In this document: positions 32,132 through 40,461 of the stretch, one piece after another | Layout: each line of letters begins with the position of its first letter | Position numbering within the stretch: the stretch's first letter is position 1 | Assembly: GCA_041649475.1 (NCBI GenBank) | Contig: JBAZNA010000001.1 | Location: 878,594 to 942,593, forward strand | Origin: Patescibacteria group bacterium | GTDB taxonomy: Bacteria > Patescibacteriota > Patescibacteriia > Magasanikbacterales > GWA2-37-8 | Direction of reading: 5' to 3' | DNA: 64,000 bases | Notes under the pieces: generated by a model | Databases searched by the model: none | What the model saw: the letters and a program-made list of their open reading frames with translations, nothing else | What the model was told of the DNA's origin: nothing | Program-made: the position numbers and the translations under genes

Positions 32132-32527
32132 ATGGACCAAACAACAAACCCATCAAGAGGCGTAGTAATTAAAACAATATATTATTATCTTGTTTGTTTT
32201 GTCGCCCTGATGATGGTGGTATTTTCCACGGCAGACGTTATCAACATCGCCCTAAAAACCTGGGTCTTTACCAAGGCGGATGATAATTATTATGGTGGCT
32301 ATATGGCATCCTGTGTGGTCCCGGCTAACGCAAAATTTCAAGACCAAACCACAACAGCGGCCATGCAAGCGGAGTGCGAAAAACAACAGGCCCTAGGTGT
32401 AAAACAGGCGCAAGATAGCGCCGACGCCCAGCGCCAACGCGATGTGGTGCGTGATATTTCCATGATTATAGTTGGTATACCACTATTTCTCTACCACTGG
32501 CGTATCGTAAGAAAAAAAGATATATAA
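32132..32527 (+). CDS. Hypothetical membrane protein
   Basis: 131 aa; two predicted transmembrane helices (N- and C-terminal). Confidence 0.4.
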   Translation: MDQTTNPSRGVVIKTIYYYLVCFVALMMVVFSTADVINIALKTWVFTKADDNYYGGYMASCVVPANAKFQDQTTTAAMQAECEKQQALGVKQAQDSADAQRQRDVVRDISMIIVGIPLFLYHWRIVRKKDI

Positions 32528-33757
32528 TTATTTCTTCAAAACATCTTTGAGCTTAACCATTTCAGCGTCTTTTTGGTTGCGCATTTTAATCTCCACTGAT
32601 TGCTGTGCTAAAGTTTTTTTAGAGACAACCAATCGGGTTGGAATACCAATCAAATCCGCGTCAGCCAATTTCACTCCGGCCGTGGCTTCGCGATCATCAT
32701 AAAGCACTTCCACGCCGTTTTTTATCAGATCTTTATATAATTTTTCAGCCGCTTCTAAAATTTCTTTATCCTGACCCAATGAAACCAAATGGTACTGAAA
32801 CGGCGCGACCGATTCCGGCCAGATAATTCCATCTTTATCATTAAAAACTTCCACCAAAGTGCCCATTATCCTTGACGGACCCATTCCGTAACAGCCCATC
32901 TCCACCGGCTTCTCTTTGCCTTTGTCATCCGTGTACTTAAAACTAAAGGCGCCGGAATATTTTGTGCCCAACTTAAAAATATTTCCCACTTCAATGCCTT
33001 TTTTCTCCAACAAATCAGAATTGCCGCATTCCGGACAGGCATTTTGGTCATTTATAATTTCTTTATTTACCGCCACTTTGCATTTCTCACAAAAATAAAT
33101 AGTGTCCTCGCCGATTTCAGATAAGGTTTGAAATTCATGAGAATATTTGGAAAACATTCCGCCGGAAGCGTAGGTCTTAATGGTGATATTACCTATTCCC
33201 AATCTTTCATAGACCTTAAAATATGCCTCTATCACTTTTTTGTAATATTCATCCAAGTCCTCGGTTGAGGTATGGAAAGAATACATGTCTTTCATGTTGA
33301 ATTCGCGGCCGCGGAGCAGTCCGGATTTGGCGCGCGGTTCATTTCTGAATTTATTTTGAATCTGATAAACCGACACCGGCAGATCGCGGTAGGAAAAAGT
33401 ATATTTTTGCACCAGGGGCGTCACCACTTCTTCGTGGGTTGGGTTTAAAACCAATTTCGCGCCGCCCTCGCCTTCAGTACGGAAAAAAACATCTATGGTA
33501 TTTCGGCCGGTGGTGACATAACTTTCTTCAGAGGTTAAAACCGGCATCAAGACCTCATTTCCGCCCACCGCATTCATTTCCTCGCGGATGATATTTTGAA
33601 TTTTGTTAAGCACGCGAAGCCCTAGTGGCAAATAATTGTAAACTCCGGCCATTTGTTTGGAAATAAATCCACCTTGACTTAACAGTTTGGCGTTTATGCT
33701 ACCCTCATCAGCCGGCTGGCTCTTGCTGGTTTTCCCGAAAAGATTTGAATATTTCAT
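32528..33757 (-). CDS. proS: Prolyl-tRNA synthetase (short form lacking the editing insertion)
   Basis: 409 aa; class II motif 2 FRNEPRAKSGLLRGREFNMKDMYSF; C-terminal anticodon-binding domain. Confidence 0.8.
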   Translation of the reverse strand: MKYSNLFGKTSKSQPADEGSINAKLLSQGGFISKQMAGVYNYLPLGLRVLNKIQNIIREEMNAVGGNEVLMPVLTSEESYVTTGRNTIDVFFRTEGEGGAKLVLNPTHEEVVTPLVQKYTFSYRDLPVSVYQIQNKFRNEPRAKSGLLRGREFNMKDMYSFHTSTEDLDEYYKKVIEAYFKVYERLGIGNITIKTYASGGMFSKYSHEFQTLSEIGEDTIYFCEKCKVAVNKEIINDQNACPECGNSDLLEKKGIEVGNIFKLGTKYSGAFSFKYTDDKGKEKPVEMGCYGMGPSRIMGTLVEVFNDKDGIIWPESVAPFQYHLVSLGQDKEILEAAEKLYKDLIKNGVEVLYDDREATAGVKLADADLIGIPTRLVVSKKTLAQQSVEIKMRNQKDAEMVKLKDVLKK

Positions 33758-33830
33758 AAGCGAAATGAATGAGTGAAATGCGTTGTTTACAACGGCATTT
33801 CCGAATGAATGAGCTTATATGATAATATAG
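33750..33830 (-). repeat. Copy (b) of the B-hairpin-A leader module, immediately upstream of the proS ATG
   Basis: Reverse complement gives ...catataagctcattcattcgg / gaaatgccgttg..caacgcatttc / actcattcatttcgcttATG (the proS start). Confidence 0.55.
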
Positions 33831-33941
33831 GTAGGTGTATCGTAAAAGTATTAGAATTGTTTTAATTTTAGCATTGGTTGAGGTTCTTGGCAACTCGCCC
33901 GGTTGACAAAATGCTAAAAATATTGTATAATTATGAATTAT

Positions 33942-34013
33942 TCTGGGGTAGTTTAATGGTAAAACGCCACGCTGTTAACGTGGTTAGTGTAGGTTCGATT
34001 CCTACCCCCAGAG
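33942..34013 (+). tRNA. tRNA-Asn (anticodon GTT)
   Basis: Folded by hand: acceptor UCUGGGG/CCCCAGA, D-stem GUUU/AAAC, anticodon stem CCACG/CGUGG with loop CUGUUAA, T-arm GUAGG-UUCGAUU-CCUAC, discriminator G; followed by a GGCCC...GGGUC-U6 terminator. Confidence 0.85.
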
Positions 34014-34215
34014 CTATGAAAAAAGGCCCAAAGTTATTCGGGTCTTTTTTCATAATTTTGCGGGAGGAAGCGAACAAAGGGGTGGCGGGGAAAGTATTTC
34101 CCCGCATTGCTGGGGGTGACCGAAGCCGCCAACCACTGTTAGAGTAGAGGCGGCCGAGGGCAAGAGGGGCGGAAGCCCCTATTGAGGAGCGCGCGAGCGA
34201 AGCGAGCGGCGCGAC

Positions 34216-34238
34216 CGATTCCTACCCTACGGAGCTAT
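34216..34238 (+). repeat. Partial duplicate of the tRNA-Asn 3' end (att-like remnant) inside a short GC-rich spacer
   Basis: cgattcctaccctacggagctat compared with the tRNA 3' end cgattcctacccccagagctat (12/12 core identity). Confidence 0.45.
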
Positions 34239-34404
34239 TCGGAACGTGGGGCCATTTCGGCCAAAATTCGGTATCTAGCCGGCTCATTACGCGATGGCTA
34301 GCCAAATATTGATTAAATCGCAAAAAATGTTAAAAAATGAACTTGACACCAATTAATGTATATACTATAATCTAAATATAACAATAATTTGTTAAAAATA
34401 TAAT

Positions 34405-35640
34405 ATGATAACAAAATTAAGGGTCAGCAACTATTATTCCATTGGAGAAGAAATAAAGCTAGACTTCTTAAAAGGTGGTGCAAAAAAGGAGGTGGGATAT
34501 TTTCAGTATAAAAAAAGTGAAAAAATATCACTAATAAACGGGTTTTTTGGTGCGAATGCGAGTGGCAAGAGTAGTATCCTGGGATCTATGGTCAGCCTAA
34601 TTAAAATGATGTACACCATCTCTTCACCACAAAATATATCACTACAGAGCGTTGCCTCTGGTGAGGTTTTGTTGTGCCACCCTAATCTACACAAAAATTT
34701 TAAAGATAAACCTACAAAATTAGGAATTGATTTTTTGTTTGGTAATAATTACTACACTTACGATTTGGAAATTCAAGGTGGAAACAATATAACTGAAGAA
34801 AATTTGTACGTTACCACTCTTGATTTAGCCGCTGCACATCCAAAAAAAATATTCACGAGATCCGGGTCTATTATTAGCTTCGGGCCGGAATACAAAGACT
34901 ACGAAGCTTACTCAACTAATATAAATATTCAAAAATATCAAACTTTTATTTCCCATTTAATAAACATTGGGGCAAAGGCTATGGTTGATTTTGTGAATTA
35001 TAAGAATTCTTTTTTTCTAAAGGTGGATAGGATGGATTTACAGCTCCCTTCTTACGGTAAGATCATAATACGAGCTTTCCAACTCAATTCTCTTGCAGAG
35101 GACAAGAAAAAGGAATTCTTAAAAATTACACAAGACATAATGAGTTGTTTTGATGATTCCATCAATGGTTTAGAAGTTGATACTAAAAATAATACTGTTT
35201 CTATCAAAGTGGGACACAAAAATTTCTTGAATAGCATTGACATTACGGATGAATCGGCCGGCACCAGAGAACTGTTTTGTTATATATATGACATATTAGA
35301 TGCCTTTAAAAAAGGCGGGGTTATTATTTATGACGAAACGAGCAAATACTACCACCCAGATATAGAGCTTGAGTTATTCTCTATTTTCAAAAATGAAGAA
35401 TTTAACACAAAAAATGCACAACTATTCTTCGCTTCACATAATCACGGGACTTTTGACTTACTTGAACTAGACCAGGCCTACATTGTGGAAAAAACAGATT
35501 CCAGCTCTACCATCAACAGGTTATCAGAAGTTGAAGATCTTAAAAAGCGGGACAACCTAAAAAAGAAATATCGCCTCGGCATGCTTGGTGGAGTTCCAGA
35601 CACTACTGCCTTTGACTTTAGGTTGAAACAACTACTATGA
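34405..35640 (+). CDS. ABC-type (AAA_15/AAA_21-like) ATPase, candidate anti-phage system component
   Basis: Walker A GANASGKSS; Walker B IIIYDE; H-loop ASHNHG; ~33% GC island next to tRNA-Asn. Confidence 0.7.
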   Translation: MITKLRVSNYYSIGEEIKLDFLKGGAKKEVGYFQYKKSEKISLINGFFGANASGKSSILGSMVSLIKMMYTISSPQNISLQSVASGEVLLCHPNLHKNFKDKPTKLGIDFLFGNNYYTYDLEIQGGNNITEENLYVTTLDLAAAHPKKIFTRSGSIISFGPEYKDYEAYSTNINIQKYQTFISHLINIGAKAMVDFVNYKNSFFLKVDRMDLQLPSYGKIIIRAFQLNSLAEDKKKEFLKITQDIMSCFDDSINGLEVDTKNNTVSIKVGHKNFLNSIDITDESAGTRELFCYIYDILDAFKKGGVIIYDETSKYYHPDIELELFSIFKNEEFNTKNAQLFFASHNHGTFDLLELDQAYIVEKTDSSSTINRLSEVEDLKKRDNLKKKYRLGMLGGVPDTTAFDFRLKQLL

Positions 35641-36158
35641 AATTACCGCCTGTAATAATTCCTTTCTGCGAGGGTGAAGCGGAAGTGCTTCTTTTTGAAT
35701 TTCTAAAACTTAATTATTCAAATAAAACAATACGGTTTCAAAAACCGAAAAATCTTAAGGGTTTTGAAAATTTAGCTGGATTTAAAAAAAAATATTATAA
35801 GGCCATAAAGGCCCAAGGCCTCAAACCTAAAAAAGATTTTATCAAGGTTCGATTTTTGTTTATATTTGACAATGATTTAGAAGACTCGAAAGAAATAAAA
35901 GAGTTTTTGGAACTAAAAGGACATTTGGTACAGCAATGTGAGCCAAACGTAGAGGGGTTGATACTAGGTATTATAGATCAAAGTCAGGGAGATAATTTAA
36001 AAACAGAGGATTACAGAAAAAAATGTAAAAATAACTTTAAAAAACAATTTGGTTGTGAATCTCATCGTTTAAAAGAGAGAGAATTAAAAAAAATATTTGA
36101 GGACGAAAAACATTTTAAGAATAATCTGCCCATCTTATACAATTTATTTAAAAAATGA
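35637..36158 (+). CDS. Small TOPRIM-like (DUF4276/RloB-like) protein, translationally coupled to the ATPase
   Basis: ATGA overlap with the upstream gene; N-terminal IIPFCEGEAE (TOPRIM Glu) and FLFIFDNDLED (DxD). Confidence 0.55.
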   Translation: MKLPPVIIPFCEGEAEVLLFEFLKLNYSNKTIRFQKPKNLKGFENLAGFKKKYYKAIKAQGLKPKKDFIKVRFLFIFDNDLEDSKEIKEFLELKGHLVQQCEPNVEGLILGIIDQSQGDNLKTEDYRKKCKNNFKKQFGCESHRLKERELKKIFEDEKHFKNNLPILYNLFKK

Positions 36159-36216
36159 CCCACCGAAAAATGTTTATCAAAAAGGTGTGCCCCCCACATC
36201 TACCACCCCGAGCATT

Positions 36217-37194
36217 ATGGATACTCTGTTTCCACCAAACCTTATTTCTGGGAGTGTAAAAACCCAAAAACAACTTGATGCTGCTTTAGCAAAACATTCA
36301 GATCTTTCAATATCCTTTGTCACTATAGCTGTTAATAGACCTGAGACACGAAAGTGGTATGAACACTACTGGCAAAAAATACATAGGTACCTCGATAAAG
36401 ATTTTGCTCAAAAGTTCCGACTTGAAAGCGAACATGAATCTCGTGGATGGGAATTTCACATTGCCTCGGTCTTACTTGATCATGGAGTGAATCTGAAAGA
36501 AAAAACTTGGAATACAGGACCAGATTTTTGTATTCAAACTCCTGAAGGCAGGAACATATGGATTGAAGCAATTTGTTGTACCTCGGGCGAAGTTGACCCT
36601 GTTCCACCAAAACCAGATCTGACAGAGGGTAAAGTTTACATAGGTGGAGGCGGCATAGAGGATTTAAATCGCCCACGCGTATTGCGAATTCTTAATGCTG
36701 TTGGTACTAAATATGAAAAGTTCAAACGGTACGTTGCAGATGGAAAAAGCGGCGTATCAGAAAATGACTGCTTAATTATTGCGATAAGTGGCGCGAATAT
36801 TGAATTCGCGTCCGATTCAGAGGTACTTTTGAAGCGCGCTGTATTTGGGGTTGGTCTTGATACATATTACAAAGATCCGAAAACGAATAAATTGGTTGGG
36901 CCTTTTTATAAACCATCACCAAATATCATTAAGAAGGCAAAGATTGGGGATAAAATCATGCCGGCAAATTTTATGGAGATGGAAGGATTTTCAAACATCA
37001 ATGCCGTGCTCTATTGTGGACATCACGCATATAATTGCGAACGGAATGGTCATAAAGTTGGTGATGATTTTCTCTTTGCTTATCACGTTAATCCAACCAA
37101 CTCACTCCCTGTCAATTTATTTAATTTTGGTCTAGAAATTAGAAAAAACCCTACAGATGCCAGCATTACAACTTTTAATTTAAATACCAATTAA
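36217..37194 (+). CDS. Hypothetical protein (possible third component of the island)
   Basis: Start placed at the internal Met (MDTLFPP), after the previous gene's stop and in the same frame as the track ORF (starts 36097, overlapping that gene); weak PD...E motif (GPDFCIQ...IWIEAIC). Confidence 0.45.
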   Translation: MDTLFPPNLISGSVKTQKQLDAALAKHSDLSISFVTIAVNRPETRKWYEHYWQKIHRYLDKDFAQKFRLESEHESRGWEFHIASVLLDHGVNLKEKTWNTGPDFCIQTPEGRNIWIEAICCTSGEVDPVPPKPDLTEGKVYIGGGGIEDLNRPRVLRILNAVGTKYEKFKRYVADGKSGVSENDCLIIAISGANIEFASDSEVLLKRAVFGVGLDTYYKDPKTNKLVGPFYKPSPNIIKKAKIGDKIMPANFMEMEGFSNINAVLYCGHHAYNCERNGHKVGDDFLFAYHVNPTNSLPVNLFNFGLEIRKNPTDASITTFNLNTN

Positions 37195-37319
37195 AATTTA
37201 ATAAATTTCTAAATTTTTCCCCGACCCATCCCCATCAAAGAAGACCACCAGACAATGCCCAAAAATCCCTCAATGGTCTCACTTTACATAGCTTCTGAAC
37301 CCGTGTCGGGAGCTATAAA

Positions 37320-37348
37320 AAATCACCCTCAAATTAAGGGTGATTTTA
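37320..37348 (+). terminator. Insulating hairpin AAAUCACCCU-caaauua-AGGGUGAUUU upstream of the cassette promoter
   Basis: 10 bp perfect stem with flanking T-run. Confidence 0.5.
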
Positions 37349-37355
37349 ATTTTGA

Positions 37356-37384
37356 TTGACACAAAAATATCATTATTGTATTCT
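37356..37384 (+). promoter_or_regulatory. Cassette promoter TTGACA-17-TATTCT, then AGGAGG
   Basis: 37356-37361 is TTGACA; 37379-37384 is TATTCT; AGGAGG at 37392-37397; ATG at 37406. Confidence 0.6.
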
Positions 37385-37405
37385 CCCTAAAAGGAGGCGC
37401 TAATC

Positions 37406-37615
37406 ATGCCGATCTTTGGCAGTGACGAAGACAGATACACAACTTGGAAATGCCCTTCGTGCCACAACTACTTCGGCAGAAGCGGCAAGTGTTCCGTCTG
37501 CGGCGACACGCTAGTGCAGAGTGCCATCTCCGACGCGGCGGTCAACCGCATCATCTACGCTAGGGACATCGAACGGCCCCGGCAACAAGACCAGAAAAAG
37601 CGCGAAGGAGGATAA
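37406..37615 (+). CDS. Small zinc-ribbon protein (GC-rich cassette)
   Basis: 69 aa; CPSC...17...CSVC; its stop overlaps the RBS of the next ORF. Confidence 0.5.
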   Translation: MPIFGSDEDRYTTWKCPSCHNYFGRSGKCSVCGDTLVQSAISDAAVNRIIYARDIERPRQQDQKKREGG

Positions 37616-37621
37616 GGCGCC

Positions 37622-37909
37622 ATGGCAAAAAAAGTCATAAATGGCCAGGTCATAGACGACCTTGGGATAGATCTCGACAGCTTACCCCTCCCAGCGCAAC
37701 TGCTGGAGGAGCGGCGGCGCAAGGGTCATCCCATCGAGATCCCAAGCTTGGGCGTCATCATCATGCCCGATGGAACCGTGGTGGACAAGGGCCTGCCCCC
37801 GGACGACTACGCTAGGGCCAGCCCGTCCGAAAAGACCGCCACGCTCAAGCGGTACGAGCCAGAGCAGGGTTTCTTCGCCCGCCTGTGGCGGCGGATCTTT
37901 CACAAATGA
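37622..37909 (+). CDS. Hypothetical 95 aa protein (GC-rich cassette)
   Basis: GAAGGAGG RBS then ATG; ~60% GC; followed immediately by repeat R1. Confidence 0.5.
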   Translation: MAKKVINGQVIDDLGIDLDSLPLPAQLLEERRRKGHPIEIPSLGVIIMPDGTVVDKGLPPDDYARASPSEKTATLKRYEPEQGFFARLWRRIFHK

Positions 37910-37915
37910 GTTCGT

Positions 37916-38000
37916 TCATTCCCCAAGGAGGGTGCTCCGCGAACAGCAACAACAGTTCGCACCCCTCAAAAGCAACTCACCAGATGGGTTGTTTTTGTTT
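37916..38000 (+). repeat. R1: ~87 bp 3' module (GCGAAC...GTTCGC hairpin plus T-rich tail), 84/87 identical to R2
   Basis: tcattccccaaggagggtgctccgcgaacagcaacaacagttcgcacccctcaaaagcaactcaccagatgggttgtttttgttt. Confidence 0.6.
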
Positions 38001-38066
38001 AGGTTGGGGTGTCTTTATTTTCCTATATAGCGTATGCTACAGATATTAAGACCTAACACTGAATTT

Positions 38067-38519
38067 ATGATAAAACCACTGCTTATTCTGCCTCTGTTAA
38101 TTTTAGCCGGAGCCGGATGCGCATACGCGCCAGCCACAAATAATCAAACTAACTTAAACTACAGCAACCAAAACCTGACTTCGGCTCCGGCTGGAATTTT
38201 TGATAGAACCGACGCTACCAGTCTTGATCTCTCACACAATAATCTGACTGGAGCCATCCCAGCGGAAATAAGATTTTTACAAAATCTTAAAGTTCTGAAC
38301 TTGAGTAATAATAAAATGACTGGCCTGCCCGCCGAAATCGGCCAATTAAAAAATCTGGAAATTCTTGACGTGTCCAACAACCAACTGACCGGCCTGCCAT
38401 ATGAATTGGGAAATCTAAAAAACTTAAAAACCCTGAATTTGTCTGGCAACGCGTACTCCGAACAAGACCTCCAAATCATCCGCGAGAAAATCCCAAATGC
38501 GAATATTATTACTAAATAA
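38067..38519 (+). CDS. Secreted leucine-rich-repeat protein (native AT-rich composition)
   Basis: Signal peptide MIKPLLILPLLILAGAGCAYA; four LxxLxxLxLSxNxLTGLP repeats. Confidence 0.7.
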   Translation: MIKPLLILPLLILAGAGCAYAPATNNQTNLNYSNQNLTSAPAGIFDRTDATSLDLSHNNLTGAIPAEIRFLQNLKVLNLSNNKMTGLPAEIGQLKNLEILDVSNNQLTGLPYELGNLKNLKTLNLSGNAYSEQDLQIIREKIPNANIITK

Positions 38520-38626
38520 GTGCTTTCAACTGGATCCTTCTTGAACTTAAATAAGAGCTTCATCGAACATTGACGGCTCATCTTTTTTCATATTTAATAT
38601 ACATACCCAAATGAAGGAGGACAGGC

Positions 38627-39442
38627 ATGCGCATTATCTTGTTGAGTTTCGTGCTCGGGATCTGTGTATCAAGTGTGCCCCACCATGGGATCGCCCAAAG
38701 AGATTCGTCAAGACCATCCCTGGCCACACTGGACAAGCAGATCTTCACCCAGAACACGGTGATTGAGGCCGATCGGATCGAGATCCAGAGTGGAGCCAGG
38801 ATCCGCGTCCGCAACGGAGCGGCCTTGAAGCTCAAGGCAGACACCATCGTGATCTTTGGCCCCGCCTTCATCGACGGCCGCGGCGAACCCGGCCACCAAG
38901 GCGCTCCCGGGCAATCGAAGAACGACACCTGGCGGAGCAGCGGTGGCGGCGGGTGGTATAGCTGCGATATCGCCCATCGCGACTGGGTGGCTTCCGGAAG
39001 TGAGGTTGACCGCGGCGGGGATGGTGGACCGGGCGGTCCCGGAGGACCTGGGGCGATCATCATCCTGGAGTACAGGGACCTACAGGGTCCCGCCAACCTG
39101 CAAACCGAATTCCGAGGCGGACCGGGCGGTCCCGGAGGACCTGGTGGAACCGGCAGAATCCTCTGCTGCGGTTGCCACAACAACGAGTGCAAGCGGGGTC
39201 CTTCGGGTAGGTCAGGGCCAAACGGCCAGCCAGGTCCCAATGGACGGGAAGTTCGTCGAAGTCTGACGAGAACCCAATCCATTGATTCCACCAGCATCAC
39301 GCCGCCGCCGGAGCGCATGGAGTCGTGCTACCCCAACCCCTGTCCGTCCGGAATCTGCTGCGAGAACCAAGGCAGAATCTGGTGCTGTTCCGAAGGACAG
39401 TACTGCACCTATTCGCCTGATGGATGCAAGTACCGCAAGTAG
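38627..39442 (+). CDS. Secreted Gly/Pro-rich (GPGGPGGPG), Cys-rich protein (GC-rich cassette)
   Basis: AAGGAGG-N6-ATG; signal peptide MRIILLSFVLGICVSS; two GGPGGPGGPG tracts; 15 Cys in the last 120 aa (CCGCHNNEC, CCENQGRIWCC). Confidence 0.55.
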   Translation: MRIILLSFVLGICVSSVPHHGIAQRDSSRPSLATLDKQIFTQNTVIEADRIEIQSGARIRVRNGAALKLKADTIVIFGPAFIDGRGEPGHQGAPGQSKNDTWRSSGGGGWYSCDIAHRDWVASGSEVDRGGDGGPGGPGGPGAIIILEYRDLQGPANLQTEFRGGPGGPGGPGGTGRILCCGCHNNECKRGPSGRSGPNGQPGPNGREVRRSLTRTQSIDSTSITPPPERMESCYPNPCPSGICCENQGRIWCCSEGQYCTYSPDGCKYRK

Positions 39443-39560
39443 GCCGTCGCTCTTTTCTCCTCCGCCAGTCTGGCCCTTCCAGCTGGCTTCTTTTTTTATC
39501 AAAAATAATTGTATTCCAAATAAAGTCATGTTAAACTGACTGAAAGAGGAGGATGGGACA

Positions 39561-39938
39561 ATGAAAAAATACAAGCACTTCTCGGGTGCAGTGCTGATGA
39601 GAGACGAACTCAAAAAGAAGTTCGGCACGCCGAAGTGGCTCGCCGGCATCGTTGTGATGCACACCGTCCGGTATGGCTACCTCGTGGAAGTACGCGTCTT
39701 CGGCAAGGCCAAGTTCCCCAAGCTACCCAGGTTGCCTCTCTACCTCCGGGATGCCACCAGGGTCCGCTTCCGGCGGGTGAAGAAAACACCGGAAGCGCGA
39801 CTGAAGAGGGCAATCGCCCGGTTTGAAGATCCGGCTTCGCACGTCGCCGACAATGTTGCTCTCTCAGCAACCCTACACGAAGCCGCCGAAGCCCACTCCA
39901 AAATCCTGGGACCACATGGCCGCCTTCGACATTGCTAA
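39561..39938 (+). CDS. Hypothetical basic 125 aa protein (GC-rich cassette)
   Basis: AGAGGAGG RBS; ~58% GC; followed immediately by repeat R2. Confidence 0.5.
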   Translation: MKKYKHFSGAVLMRDELKKKFGTPKWLAGIVVMHTVRYGYLVEVRVFGKAKFPKLPRLPLYLRDATRVRFRRVKKTPEARLKRAIARFEDPASHVADNVALSATLHEAAEAHSKILGPHGRLRHC

Positions 39939-39940
39939 AC

Positions 39941-40027
39941 TCATTCCCCAAGGAGGGTGCTCCGCGAACGGCAACAAAAGTTCGCACCCCTCAAAAGCAA
40001 CTCACCCGATGGGTTGTTTTTGTTTAC
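39941..40027 (+). repeat. R2: second copy of the 87 bp 3' module
   Basis: Differs from R1 at three positions; starts 3 nt after the stop, as R1 does (7 nt after its stop). Confidence 0.6.
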
Positions 40028-40083
40028 AAATGTTGAATTTTGAGGTAAAATTGAATATGAAAAAATAAACGCCTGCAGAAATT

Positions 40084-40395
40084 ATGAAAAAATTTTTATA
40101 TTGGCTGCCTCGCATTCTATCAATCTTACTTATTATTTTTATAAGCTTATTTGCTTTAGATGTTTTTGAAGAACCGCAGTGGTTTTTACCCTTGCTTATC
40201 CACTTAATTCCCAGCTTCATCTTAATCATTTTAACCATCATTGCCTGGAAACATGAAAAATTCGGGGGCTTTGCTTTCATCGTTGCCGGACTTCTCATGC
40301 TGGTTTTTACCAATTTTAAATCGCTTATCATCTCTATTCCAATCGTTATTATCGGCGCACTTTTCTTAAGCAGAAAATATCTATTCAAAACTTAA
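40084..40395 (+). CDS. Small membrane protein
   Basis: 103 aa; three predicted transmembrane helices. Confidence 0.45.
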   Translation: MKKFLYWLPRILSILLIIFISLFALDVFEEPQWFLPLLIHLIPSFILIILTIIAWKHEKFGGFAFIVAGLLMLVFTNFKSLIISIPIVIIGALFLSRKYLFKT

Positions 40396-40461
40396 CCTAC
40401 CTTTATGCAAACCAGACAAAAAAACCAGACGATATATAATTTAACCTTGAACGACCTGATC

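Noticed and set aside
36097-36216. The track ORF for the third island gene starts at a TTG (36097) overlapping the TOPRIM-like gene by 62 nt
   Set aside because: I moved the start to the first in-frame ATG after the upstream stop (36217). My manual count and the track's frame around 36180 differ by 1 nt, so coordinates here may be off by one.
38578-39318. 246 aa minus-strand ORF with PGPPGPPGPP repeats, antisense to the collagen-like gene
   Set aside because: It is the mirror image of the plus-strand GGPGGPGGPG codons. It has no RBS, promoter or signal peptide. The plus-strand gene has all three.
39823-40068. 81 aa and 86 aa plus-strand ORFs reading through R1 and R2
   Set aside because: These are read-through frames across the shared 3' module and terminator. 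They have no start-site signals and differ in frame between the two copies.
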